Positions 35,173 through 46,732 of a stretch of DNA of 64,000 nucleotides are shown piece by piece. Source of the DNA: Actinomycetota bacterium (GTDB taxonomy: Bacteria > Actinomycetota > Actinomycetes > Propionibacteriales > Nocardioidaceae); NCBI GenBank assembly GCA_036341255.1, contig JAYYWX010000107.1, forward strand, positions 15,320-79,319, written 5' to 3'. A program made the position numbers and the translations under genes. The notes under the pieces were generated by a model. The model was not told where the DNA came from. It was given only the letters and a program-made list of their open reading frames with translations, and made no database searches. Every line of letters begins with the position of its first letter. Positions within the stretch are counted from its first letter, which is position 1.

Positions 35173-36834
35173 GTGACCGTCCCCGCCCCCGGCCTGGTCC
35201 GTCCGCGGACCCGCCGACGGCTCCTCGCCGCCGGTCGCCCCGGCTGGTCGGCGGCGGTCTTCGTCGCGGCGGCGGTCATCGCCAGCCCCGTGGTCGCCGT
35301 GGCGCTGGGCGCGCTGTTCCAGGGCGGGCTGCAGCTGCCCGGCGGGGTGGGCGGCATGGTCGCCACGACGCTGGCGCTCACCGTGCTGGTGGGGCTCGGC
35401 ACCAGCGTGCTGGGCACCGGCCTGGCCTGGCTGGTCAGCGTCCACGAGTTCCCCGGGCGCCGGGTGCTGTCGTGGCTGCTGGTGCTGCCGCTGGCGGTGC
35501 CGGCCTACATCCTCGGCTTCGTCTTCCTCTCCACCTTCGACTACGCCGGGCCCGTCCAGAGCGGACTGCGCAGCGTGCTGGGCGAGGACCTCGGTGCCCT
35601 GCCGGTCCGCTCGCTCGGCGGGGCCACGATCGTCCTGGTCCTCACGCTGTACCCCTACGTCTACCTCCTGGTGCGGGCCGCGTTCAGCGACCTCGCCCCG
35701 ACGGCGTACGACGCCGCGCGCACGCTCGGCGCCTCGCCGGCCCGCGCGTTCCGGACCGTCCTGCTGCCGCTGGCCCGCCCCTCCCTCGCGGCCGGCCTGG
35801 CGCTGGTGACGATGGAGGTGCTCACCGACTTCGCGACCGTGCAGTACTTCAACGTCCGCACCGTCTCGGTGGGCGTCTACCTGGTCTGGAAGGGCTCCTT
35901 CGACGTCGCCTCGGCGGTCTCGTTGGCCAGCCTCGTCCTGCTCTTCGCCGTGGCCGTGCTGGCCGCCGAGCGCGCGCTGCGCGGTGACGCCCGCTACCAC
36001 CAGCGCGGCGGCCGGGGGCGGGGCCTGGAGCGACGCCGGCTGACCGGCGGCCAGGCCGCCGCGGCGACCGGCGCCTGCGCGACCGTGGCCGCGCTCGCCT
36101 TCGGGCTCCCCGTGCTGCGCCTGGTCACCTGGGCGGCCGCGGCGGCGGCCGAGGAGAACCTCTTCACCGACACCCGATTCGCCGACCACCTCACCAGCTC
36201 GGTGCTGGTCGCGGCGATCGCGGCCGCCACCTGCGTCGTCGTCTCGGTGGTCCTCGCCCACGCACTGCGCCTGGGCGGCGGCCCGTGGGTCCGCGCCGCG
36301 GCGCAGGCCACGACGTTCGGCTACGCGGTGCCCGGCGCCGTGGTCGGCATCGGCGTGCTGGCGCTGTTCTCGGCCGCGGACCGGGTGTTGCAGGCGTTGG
36401 GCCGCGAGGACGGCACCGGCATCCTGGTGACCGGGTCGGTGCTGGGCATCCTGCTGGCCTACGTGGTCCGGTTCACCGCTCCGGCGTACCAAGCCGTCGA
36501 CGCGAGCTTCGCGCGCATCCCTCCCACCGTGAGCGCCTCCGCGCTCACCCTCGGCGCCGGCCCGGGAAGGCTGCTCGGCCGGGTGCACCTGCCCTTGGCA
36601 CGCTCCGGCGTCGCGGTGGCGCTGACGCTGGTGATCGTCGATGCGGTCAAGGAGCTGCCGCTGGTGCTGCTGCTGCGTCCCTTCGGCTTCACGACGCTGT
36701 CGGTGTGGGTCTACGAGCTGGCCTCGGAGAACTTCTGGGAGCGCGCCGCACTGCCCGCGCTGCTGATCGTCCTGGTGGCCGTCGTGCCCGTCGCGCTGAC
36801 CTTCCGCAACCCCGCGACCAGGCACGCGCGATGA
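35173..36834 (+). CDS. Fe3+ ABC transporter permease (FutB/FbpB-like)
   Basis: LPLAVPAY, LYPYVYL, AARTLG, KELP..LLLRPFGFTTL. Confidence 0.92.
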   Translation: MTVPAPGLVRPRTRRRLLAAGRPGWSAAVFVAAAVIASPVVAVALGALFQGGLQLPGGVGGMVATTLALTVLVGLGTSVLGTGLAWLVSVHEFPGRRVLSWLLVLPLAVPAYILGFVFLSTFDYAGPVQSGLRSVLGEDLGALPVRSLGGATIVLVLTLYPYVYLLVRAAFSDLAPTAYDAARTLGASPARAFRTVLLPLARPSLAAGLALVTMEVLTDFATVQYFNVRTVSVGVYLVWKGSFDVASAVSLASLVLLFAVAVLAAERALRGDARYHQRGGRGRGLERRRLTGGQAAAATGACATVAALAFGLPVLRLVTWAAAAAAEENLFTDTRFADHLTSSVLVAAIAAATCVVVSVVLAHALRLGGGPWVRAAAQATTFGYAVPGAVVGIGVLALFSAADRVLQALGREDGTGILVTGSVLGILLAYVVRFTAPAYQAVDASFARIPPTVSASALTLGAGPGRLLGRVHLPLARSGVAVALTLVIVDAVKELPLVLLLRPFGFTTLSVWVYELASENFWERAALPALLIVLVAVVPVALTFRNPATRHAR

Positions 36835-36845
36835 TGGCTGGAGTC

Positions 36846-37943
36846 ATGAGCACCTCCGAGACCGTCACGCGTGTCGCGACCGAGCCCGCCCTGCGGCTGC
36901 GCGGCGCGTCCAAGTCCTACGCCGAGCACGACGCGGTCCGCGCCGTCGACCTCGAGATCGCGGCCGGCGAGGTCCTCACGCTCATCGGCCCCTCCGGGTG
37001 CGGCAAGTCCACGCTGCTGCGGCTGGCGGCCGGGCTCGAGCGTCCCGACGCCGGCACCGTCGAGCTGGGTGGTCGCGAGGTCGCCGGGTCGCGCTGGGTG
37101 CCGCCGGAGAAGCGTCGCGTCGGGCTGGTCTTCCAGGACCATGCGCTCTTCCCCCACCTCGACGTCGCGACCAACGTCGCCTTCGGGCTCGACCGGCTCC
37201 CCCGGGCCCAGCGCGGCCCACGGGTCGCCGAGGTGCTCGACCTGGTCGGGCTGGCGCACGTGCGCGACCGCCACCCCCACGAGCTCTCCGGCGGCGAGCA
37301 GCAGCGGGTCGCCCTGGCCCGCGCCCTGGCCCCCTGCCCCTCGCTGGTGCTGCTCGACGAGCCGTTCTCCAGCCTCGACGAGAACCTCCGCGCCCAGGTC
37401 CGCGCCGACACGCTCGCCGCCATCCGCGCCACCGGCAGCGCCGCGATGGTCGTCACCCACGACCAGACCGAGGCCCTGTCGCTGGGCGATCGGCTCGCGG
37501 TGATGCGCGACGGCGTCGTGGAGCAGGTCGGGCACCCGACCGAGGTCTACGAGACGCCGGCCAACCGCTTCGTCGCGACCTTCATGGGCGACGCCGACTT
37601 CCTGCCCGCCCACGTCCAGCGCGCGCTGCTGACCTGCGAGATCGGCGTCGTCTCGACGGTGCCGGGCTGGGGCGACAGCGACGTGCACGTCGAGGTCATG
37701 CTGCGACCCCACGAGGTCGCGCTGCGTGCGGAGGCGAGCTCCACGGCGGTCGTGGAGCGCGTGGAGTACCACGGCGCCTTCGTCCTGCACGAGGTCCGCC
37801 TCGCCTCGGGTCGCACGGTCCGGTCCTGGCAGCAGCACGGGGTCCGACTCGAGGTCGGCACCGCCGTCGACGTCACCGTCGTCCCCGGCTCCCGGCCGGT
37901 CCTGCTCTCCGGCGACACGGCCCTCACCGCCCCGCCGGTCTGA
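36846..37943 (+). CDS. Fe3+ ABC transporter ATP-binding subunit (FutC/FbpC-like)
   Basis: GPSGCGKST, LSGGEQQR, LLDEPF, VTHDQ. Confidence 0.92.
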   Translation: MSTSETVTRVATEPALRLRGASKSYAEHDAVRAVDLEIAAGEVLTLIGPSGCGKSTLLRLAAGLERPDAGTVELGGREVAGSRWVPPEKRRVGLVFQDHALFPHLDVATNVAFGLDRLPRAQRGPRVAEVLDLVGLAHVRDRHPHELSGGEQQRVALARALAPCPSLVLLDEPFSSLDENLRAQVRADTLAAIRATGSAAMVVTHDQTEALSLGDRLAVMRDGVVEQVGHPTEVYETPANRFVATFMGDADFLPAHVQRALLTCEIGVVSTVPGWGDSDVHVEVMLRPHEVALRAEASSTAVVERVEYHGAFVLHEVRLASGRTVRSWQQHGVRLEVGTAVDVTVVPGSRPVLLSGDTALTAPPV

Positions 37944-37960
37944 CCCCCGCCCTCCCGCGG

Positions 37961-40510
37961 CTACGCGGCGGTGCGGGTGCGGAGGCTCGACACGCGCGCC
38001 TCCAGCAGGCGCCAGGTCCGCCAGGCGAGGACCCCGACCACCAGCGACGCGACAGTGGCCCAGAAGGAGTGGTCGACCTCCAGGTGGGGGTAGACCTGCC
38101 AGTGGGTGAGGTAGATCCACAGCGACGCCCCGGCCACGCAGGCCAGCGGCGCGACGAGCGCGGCCGGCACCGGCGTACGCCGCACCCAGACGAGGGCGAG
38201 GGCCGCCAGCACCACCACGGCCGAGCGCTGCGCGTCGTCGAAGAAGCCGGGGACGGTGACGACCAGGAGGCCGCTGACCACGAACCGGTGGATGGTCGTG
38301 CTGGCGCGGGCGGCCGCCCAGCCGAGCGCCACCAGCCACCACACGACCTCGGGACGGTGGATGACGGTGCCGCCCTCGCGCAGCAGCACCAGCTCGTACC
38401 GCGTCGCCAGCCCGGCGATCGCGAGCCCGACCGGGAACCAGAACGGATGCCGCAGGTCGAGCCGGTGCAGCGCCGGCACCGCCAGGAGCGCGGCCAGGGC
38501 GAGGAGGCACCAGACCAGGGCCTCGACGAACCAGAAGTACCAGGCGGGCTCGCTCCAGCGGGCCGGGCCGACCAGGCTGTTGACCAGCAGCACCGTCGGC
38601 AGCGGGTAGGCACCGGTCACCAGGCTGACGCCGCCGATCCAGAGCACCGACGGCACGACGACGCGGGCGACGCTGCGCAGGACCGCACGCACCCGCTCGT
38701 CCCGGCGAGCCGAGGCCAGGGCGAAGCGGCCGAGGTTGAAGCCGACCAGCACGAGCAGGAAGTGGGCACCGCCGACGACCGCGAAGAGGTCGGCGTGGCT
38801 GCCGACGATCGCGACGACGGCCAGCGCCCGCAGCAGCGTGCTGGTCTCCACCGTGCGCCACCAGCGGCGGCGCGGTGCGGCGTCCTGGGTGAGGGAGCCG
38901 ACCGGGCGCAGGTGCCAGTCGTGCGGCAGCGTGCCCAGGGCCCGCTCCAGGCGGACCGAGGCCTCGACGTAGGAGAGCGAGTCACCACCGAGCGAGGCGA
39001 AGGAGTCGGTGTCGGCGACCGGTCGGTCCAGGACGTCGGCCAGCACGGCCGCGGGATCGGGCGCGGCGGCGTGCGCGGCGGCGTGCGTCTGCGACCTCTC
39101 GGCCGTGCGCGAGCGACCCCTCGGCCGTGCGTCGGCGACCTCTCGGCGGGCCAGAGCGGCCACGCGGTGACGATCGGGCTTGCCGGAGGCCAGGAGCGGC
39201 CACTCCGGCAGGGGTACGACGGTGACGGCCGCCTCCGGGAGCCCCGCGAGCCGCGCGGTGTCGCTCGCGAGGCGGGCGTGGCCGGCCGGCGCGGAGGTGG
39301 TCCCCACGGCCAGACGGTCACCGGCGTCGGCGACCAGCGCCTCGACGCCGAGGTCGGCGAGGCCGGCCTCCACGCGGTCCAGGTCGACCCGCAGGCCCAG
39401 CACCTTCGCGAAGCGCGAGAGCCGCCCCACGACCCGCCACAGGCCGTCGGGGTCCTGCACGCCCAGGTCGCCGGTGCGCAGCTCGGCCAGGTCGTGGCCG
39501 CGCGCCAGGTCGGCCCGCTCCTCGGCGTACCCCATCATCACGTTGGGGCCGGAGTAGACGAGCTCGCCGACGCCCTCGGGCTGCCCGGGGACCGGCTCGA
39601 GCCGCAGGTCGCCGCCGGGGACCGGCACGCCCACGCACTCGGGGCGCTCGGCGGCGAGGCGGGCCGGCAGGTAGGCCATCCGTGCAGTGGCCTCGGTCTG
39701 GCCGTACATCACGTAGAGGTCGAAGCCGCCGCGCTCGCCGCGCTGGGCCCAGGTGCGCACGGTGTCGGGAGCCATCCGCCCGCCGGCCTGGGTCAGCAGC
39801 CGCAGCGAGGCGTGGCGGCCCCGGGCCAGCGCGTCGGCGCGCCCGGATGCCTCCAGCATCTCGAAGCTGTGCGGGACCCCGGCCAGGCTGGTGACGCCGT
39901 GCGCGTCGATCGCGTCCCAGAAGCAGGGGTCGACCACGGCGGTCCGGGTCAGCACGACCGCGGCGCCCGTGGCGAGGTGGGAGTGCAGGACCGAGAGGCC
40001 GTAGCAGTAGTGCAGCGGCAGCGCGGTGATGCCGACGTCGTCGGGGCGCAGCCCGAGGTAGTCGGCGATGGCGACGGCGTTGGCGTCCACGGCCCGGGCC
40101 GAGAGCCGGACCAACCGCGGGCTGCCCGTGCTGCCGGAGGTGGACATCAGCAGGGCCAGGTCGGGGTGCGGCGCAGGCGACCCGGGTCGCGCGCCGAACC
40201 GTGCCTCGAGCAGCTCGCCGGCCCCAGGTGCCCCGTCGGGGTCGATGAGCAGCACCGGCCGCCCGGCGGCGAGACAGGCCAGGTAGGTGACCACGTCCGC
40301 CGAGCACGGCCGCATCGGCAGGACCAGCGGCTCCGCGACGCGCAGCAGGTGCCGCTCGGTGGCGGCGTCGACCAGGCCCGCGAGCGCGGCGTACGACGTC
40401 ACCCCGCCGTCCTCGACGAGGGCCGGCCGCTCCCCGTGGCGCGCGAGGTCCTGCGCGAGGCGCACGCCTCGACGGGCAGGGGCCAGCGGCCGGAAGGGGG
40501 TGAGGGTCAC
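37961..40510 (-). CDS. Adenylation (AMP-binding) - carrier protein - membrane acyltransferase fusion
   Basis: STSGSTGSPR, MYGQTEAT, RTGDL, GRLSRFAK, SGKPD; carrier motif FASLGGDSL; multi-TM C-terminus with LRALA..AIVGSH, YFWFVE, SLWIYLTH. Confidence 0.88.
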   Translation of the reverse strand: MTLTPFRPLAPARRGVRLAQDLARHGERPALVEDGGVTSYAALAGLVDAATERHLLRVAEPLVLPMRPCSADVVTYLACLAAGRPVLLIDPDGAPGAGELLEARFGARPGSPAPHPDLALLMSTSGSTGSPRLVRLSARAVDANAVAIADYLGLRPDDVGITALPLHYCYGLSVLHSHLATGAAVVLTRTAVVDPCFWDAIDAHGVTSLAGVPHSFEMLEASGRADALARGRHASLRLLTQAGGRMAPDTVRTWAQRGERGGFDLYVMYGQTEATARMAYLPARLAAERPECVGVPVPGGDLRLEPVPGQPEGVGELVYSGPNVMMGYAEERADLARGHDLAELRTGDLGVQDPDGLWRVVGRLSRFAKVLGLRVDLDRVEAGLADLGVEALVADAGDRLAVGTTSAPAGHARLASDTARLAGLPEAAVTVVPLPEWPLLASGKPDRHRVAALARREVADARPRGRSRTAERSQTHAAAHAAAPDPAAVLADVLDRPVADTDSFASLGGDSLSYVEASVRLERALGTLPHDWHLRPVGSLTQDAAPRRRWWRTVETSTLLRALAVVAIVGSHADLFAVVGGAHFLLVLVGFNLGRFALASARRDERVRAVLRSVARVVVPSVLWIGGVSLVTGAYPLPTVLLVNSLVGPARWSEPAWYFWFVEALVWCLLALAALLAVPALHRLDLRHPFWFPVGLAIAGLATRYELVLLREGGTVIHRPEVVWWLVALGWAAARASTTIHRFVVSGLLVVTVPGFFDDAQRSAVVVLAALALVWVRRTPVPAALVAPLACVAGASLWIYLTHWQVYPHLEVDHSFWATVASLVVGVLAWRTWRLLEARVSSLRTRTAA

Positions 40511-40520
40511 CTCACCAGGG

Positions 40521-40539
40521 TAAGGCAAGCCTCACCTTG
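40521..40539. promoter_or_regulatory. IdeR/DtxR-like iron box
   Basis: TAAGGCAAGCCTCACCTTG, 13/19 match to TTAGGTTAGCCTAACCTAA; a weaker similar site at 40496-40514 overlaps the probable GTG. Confidence 0.7.
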
Positions 40540-40557
40540 GCGACGAGTCGTCTCGCT

Positions 40558-40598
40558 CACAGGGAGGGCACAGGGAGGGCACAGGGAGGGCACAGGGA
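40558..40598. repeat. 11-bp tandem repeat (CACAGGGAGGG) x3.7
   Basis: Read directly. Confidence 0.9.
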
Positions 40599-40721
40599 CC
40601 GTCGAGGACGAGAGCTTCGCCTCTACCCGTGGGTGTCCCCTGGGCTGGACCAGTGGGTCCTCCGATCGGACATTTCCGCCAGGTGAACGGACAGCAGGCC
40701 GTCCTGAGAGACATGCTGAAC

Positions 40722-40768
40722 CCGCCGCGGTCTGGGAGGGCCGGGGCCGCCACGGTCTGGGAGGGCCG
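40722..40768. repeat. 22-bp direct repeat x2, period 25
   Basis: CCGCCrCGGTCTGGGAGGGCCG at 40722-40743 and 40747-40768. Confidence 0.85.
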
Positions 40769-40798
40769 CGGTGTCACCTACATGGGAGGAACGCGTCC

Positions 40799-41854
40799 AT
40801 GCACGCACGTTGTGTCTCGAGACGGATCGCCACCGGCGCCGTCACCCTCACCCTCACGCTGGGTGGTCTCGCCTTCACCGGCGGGACCGCGACTGCCGCC
40901 CCCGAGGCAGCCGACCGCGCCGCGAGCGCGGAGTGCCAGCAGGCCCGCAAGTCGTTGAGCAAGGCCAAGAAGTCCAAGCGCAAGGCCCAGCGTCAGGGCA
41001 AGGCGGCGAAGGTCCGCAAGGCCCAGCGCCGCATCGAGGTCCGCAAGGAGCGCAAGCAGCGCGCCTGCGCGCCCACCACCGAGCAGACCGTCCTCGAGCA
41101 GGTGCAGTCCGGCCAGCTCGCGCTCGACGGCCTGGACCTCAACGGCCTCACGGCCCTGCTGCCGGCCGAGCTGGCCGCCGTCCTGAACCAGCTGGTCGCC
41201 CAGCTCGAGGGCGCGCTCGCCGGGATCGGCGCCAGCGCCCCCGGCGCCACGCCCGAGGAGCTGGAGGACCTGCTGGCCGCCCTGCAGGCGATGGACGCCC
41301 AGGGCTTCGTGTCCGCGCTCCAGGGCCTGCTCGGCGAGCTCACCGAGATCGGCGGTGGCCCGGACGCCATGGCCACGCTCATCGAGCTGCTCCAGGGCGG
41401 ACTGCCCGACGGTGGCTCGCTGCCGATCGGTGGCGCTGCCGACCTGCAGGCGCTCATCAGCCAGCTCGTCGCCCAGCTCACCGCCGCCGGCGGGTTCGAC
41501 TGGACCCAGGGGCCGGCCGCGCTGGCCGGGATGTTCGGTCAGCTCGTCGCGACCCTGGAGGCCCTCACGGGCCAGGTCGGCGGCGGCTCCGCCCCGGGGC
41601 TGGAGGTCCTCACCGACCTCATCGACCAGCTCACGGCCCTCGGGGCGCTCACCCCGGGCAGCCTGGGCTCCGCCGATGCCCTCGGCGCGATCCTCGAGGG
41701 CATCCTCGGCGAGCTCGGTGGTGGCGACCCGCTCGCCTCGCTCCAGGCGCTGCTGACCTCCGGCGGCCTCGGCGGCCTCCTCGAGGGGCTGCTCGACCTG
41801 CTCGGCGACATCCTCGGTGGGCTGCTCGGCGGCCTGGGCGCTCCCGCCGCCTGA
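40799..41854 (+). CDS. Secreted Leu/Gly-rich hypothetical protein
   Basis: GGGAGG RBS; signal peptide ending TATA-APE; Cys-flanked Lys/Arg-rich segment; long amphipathic Leu/Gly-rich region. Confidence 0.8.
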   Translation: MHARCVSRRIATGAVTLTLTLGGLAFTGGTATAAPEAADRAASAECQQARKSLSKAKKSKRKAQRQGKAAKVRKAQRRIEVRKERKQRACAPTTEQTVLEQVQSGQLALDGLDLNGLTALLPAELAAVLNQLVAQLEGALAGIGASAPGATPEELEDLLAALQAMDAQGFVSALQGLLGELTEIGGGPDAMATLIELLQGGLPDGGSLPIGGAADLQALISQLVAQLTAAGGFDWTQGPAALAGMFGQLVATLEALTGQVGGGSAPGLEVLTDLIDQLTALGALTPGSLGSADALGAILEGILGELGGGDPLASLQALLTSGGLGGLLEGLLDLLGDILGGLLGGLGAPAA

Positions 41855-41898
41855 CGGGTCCCCTCAGGCACTACGCCTCAGGCCCGACGCACGACGCA

Positions 41899-41933
41899 GA
41901 GAGCCGCGGTCCCCGGTCGGGGGCCGCGGCTCT
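41899..41933. terminator. Hairpin between convergent genes
   Basis: AGAGCCGCGGTCCCC...GGGGCCGCGGCTCT. Confidence 0.65.
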
Positions 41934-41944
41934 TCGCGCGAGTC

Positions 41945-42010
41945 GGGCTACTCCGCACGAGATCTCACCCTCACCTCGAACTGAGGGTGAGAATCCGTGC
42001 GGACTAGCCC
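41945..42010. repeat. 66-bp imperfect palindrome (REP/MITE-like)
   Basis: GGGCTA-c-TCCGCACG..TCTCACCCTCA-loop-TGAGGGTGAGA..CGTGCGGA-c-TAGCCC. Confidence 0.8.
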
Positions 42011-42027
42011 AAGCCCGCCGCCGACCC

Positions 42028-44441
<2,414 letters not shown>

Positions 44442-44445
<4 letters not shown>

Positions 44446-45341
44446 GCTGGGGAGTCCCCTCTGCTGCTGGTGCTGCGGGTCTGCTGGCTACTGCTGAGTC
44501 TCGCGGCCGCGGCGCTGCGGGCACGGTGCTTCTTGGTCTGCAGGATGATCGCGGAGATCTCCTCCACGGACTTGGCCGAGGAGTCGACGACCGGGAGCCG
44601 GTGGGCCTCGAAGAGCTCCTTGGTACGCCGCAGCTCCCACCGGCACTGCTCCGGGGAGGAGTAGCGCGAGCCGGGGCGGCGCTCGTTGCGGACCCGGCTC
44701 AACCGGTCGACGGTCGTCACCAGGCCGAAGCAGCGGTCGGCGTACTCCCGGACCGGGGCCGGCAGCTCGGACTCGTGGAGGTCCTCCTCGACGAGCGGGT
44801 AGTTGGCGACGTACAGGCCGTGCTGGAGGGCGAGGTACATGCTCGTCGGCGTCTTGCCGCACCGCGAGGGCGCCAGCAGGATCACGTCGGCCTTGTCGAG
44901 CGCACGCAGCGACTGGCCGTCGTCGTGCTCGATGGTGAACTCCACCGCCGCCATCCGGGCGTTGTAGCGCTTGATGTCGCCGACGCCGTGCAGCCGGGCC
45001 GCCCGCCGGATGCCGCGCTGGCCGAGGATGCCCTCGACACGGTTCATGTGCATGTCGAAGAAGTCGATGACCGGCGCGACGGTGCGGTTCAGCTCGTGCC
45101 GGACGTCGTCGTCGGCCGCGGTCGAGAACACCAGCGGCATCACCGGCCCGGCGGCCACCTCGTCGAGCATGGCCGCGATCTCGCGGGCCTGGTCGACGCC
45201 GGCGATGAACGGGATGGTGCTGCGCTCGAACGTGAGGTCCGGGAACTGCAGCAGCAGCGCGTTGCCCATCGTCTCGGCGCTGATGCCGGTGCTGTCGGAC
45301 AGGAAGAAGACCGGGACGACGGCGTCCTCCGCCTCGCTCAT
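44442..45341 (-). CDS. ppsR: PEP synthase regulatory kinase/pyrophosphorylase (DUF299)
   Basis: [35 protein letters not shown]; 4-bp overlap with ppsA. Confidence 0.92.
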
Positions 45342-45514
45342 GCCGACCTCCTGACGTGGCCCCGCCGGACCGTCCCGCCCCGCGGGAACCCCGGTCGAGG
45401 GGTGGGATGGACCGTAGCGCCCCACGCGCACCGCTCGCAGTCATCCGCGCGTTCGTCCGAGCGTCGGACGTGGGATGTGTCACCCGCGCGGGCGGGGCCG
45501 CCCGGCCGTGGACC

Positions 45515-46141
45515 TCATCGCGCGGAGAGCTCGAGGGTCGCCATGACCTGCCCGATCCACTCCTCGCGCTCGGCCTCGCTCAGCGACGCCGGGGTGAGGA
45601 AGTCGAGCTCGATCGTCCGCTCCCCCGTGGCGTGGATGAAGAAGTCCGCGTCGAGACCGTTGATGCTGGCACCGCGCGCCCGGGCCATCTCCACCCCGTC
45701 GACGACCACCGGGTCGAGCATCCGCAGCGGCTCGGTGGTCAGGCCGTTGTGCTTGTCGAGGTAGCGGATCTCCGCCCTGGCGTTCTTCATGGCCAGGAGT
45801 CCCTCCCGGGAGCTGAGTGCGACGGCGACCGTCTCCCCGTCGTCGGTCCGGGTGCCTCCTCCCAGCTGCTGGGGCGTCTCCTCCGGCTCGGCGTCAGCCC
45901 AGATCCCGAATGCCTCCACCCCGTCGACCAGGCTCGTGTCGAGGGCCTGCGGCGCCGGCTCCACGTCGGCGTAGGTGTCGACCGGCGACGCGTCCTCGGG
46001 CGTCGCACTCGGGGACGTCGTCGCGGTGCCGATCGCGCTGGCCCCGTCGCTCGGGCGGGGGTCGGCCGCGTCGCCACCGCAGGCGGTGGTGCCGCCGACC
46101 AGGAGGGTCAGGGCGGCGAGTCCCGCCAGTCGTCTGCTCAC
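45515..46141 (-). CDS. Hypothetical lipoprotein
   Basis: GTG start; SRRLAGLAALTLLVGGTTAC lipobox-like; Ser/Thr/Pro linker, then a globular domain. Confidence 0.75.
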   Translation of the reverse strand: MSRRLAGLAALTLLVGGTTACGGDAADPRPSDGASAIGTATTSPSATPEDASPVDTYADVEPAPQALDTSLVDGVEAFGIWADAEPEETPQQLGGGTRTDDGETVAVALSSREGLLAMKNARAEIRYLDKHNGLTTEPLRMLDPVVVDGVEMARARGASINGLDADFFIHATGERTIELDFLTPASLSEAEREEWIGQVMATLELSAR

Positions 46142-46330
46142 CCGCCCCTGCTGCCCCGCCGCGCCCTCGATGAAACGACAGGACGACACCCTTGGAGAGC
46201 CGGCACCCCGATTCACTGCGAGGAGGATTGAGGTCCGCCGCACGTGGGAAGACGTTGGGTCGGGCCTTTACCTTCGAGGCTCGAGGACTTCCTCACGACA
46301 CGACCAGCACACGCTCTCGGGAGGCACGTG

Positions 46331-46732
46331 ATGGTGGCCATCGGGCCGGACGGCATACCCGTCGACATGGGTGCGATCGCGCAGCTGCTCCAGGAGCTGC
46401 GCATCGACAACGTCGTCATCGGCGACATCATGGCGGCGTTGGCCGACGGTGTGGACCGCGTCGACGGCTTCGAGCCGGCGCAGGTCCCCGAGCGACGGTT
46501 CGGCACCCTGGGCAACGGCGCCGTGCTGGGTCACCACACCGAGCTCGCCCGGCGTGCGGTCCGCGAGGCGATCCTGACGATGGTCCACGACCTGCAGCAC
46601 TACAGCGAGGGTGTCGACACGTTCCGCAAGGGCTTCAACGTGGCCGATCAGCACGCGCAGGAGGACCTCGCCCACATCGCCGCCGAGGTCGGCAGCGTGC
46701 GGTCCGCGACCGACGGAGGTCTCGACCGATGA
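46331..46732 (+). CDS. Small helical protein resembling a WXG100-like type VII substrate
   Basis: GGGAGG RBS; about 133 aa, no signal peptide, central FG turn, FNVAD (F/YxxxD-like) near the C-terminus. Confidence 0.6.
   Translation: MVAIGPDGIPVDMGAIAQLLQELRIDNVVIGDIMAALADGVDRVDGFEPAQVPERRFGTLGNGAVLGHHTELARRAVREAILTMVHDLQHYSEGVDTFRKGFNVADQHAQEDLAHIAAEVGSVRSATDGGLDR

Noticed and set aside
37961-40510. Classical NRPS siderophore cluster
   Set aside because: No condensation (HHxxxDG), thioesterase or tailoring genes; kept as a Dlt-like hypothesis instead.
36998-40798. 5' part of the 1618-aa plus-strand ORF
   Set aside because: Overlaps futC out of frame and the adenylation fusion antisense; only 40799-41854 has an RBS and a protein-like sequence.
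45480-45495. Further BldM-like site TCACCCGCGCGGGCGG upstream of ppsR, and similar half-sites near 19189 and 50790
   Set aside because: GC-rich partial matches are likely by chance; not supportable without enrichment statistics.
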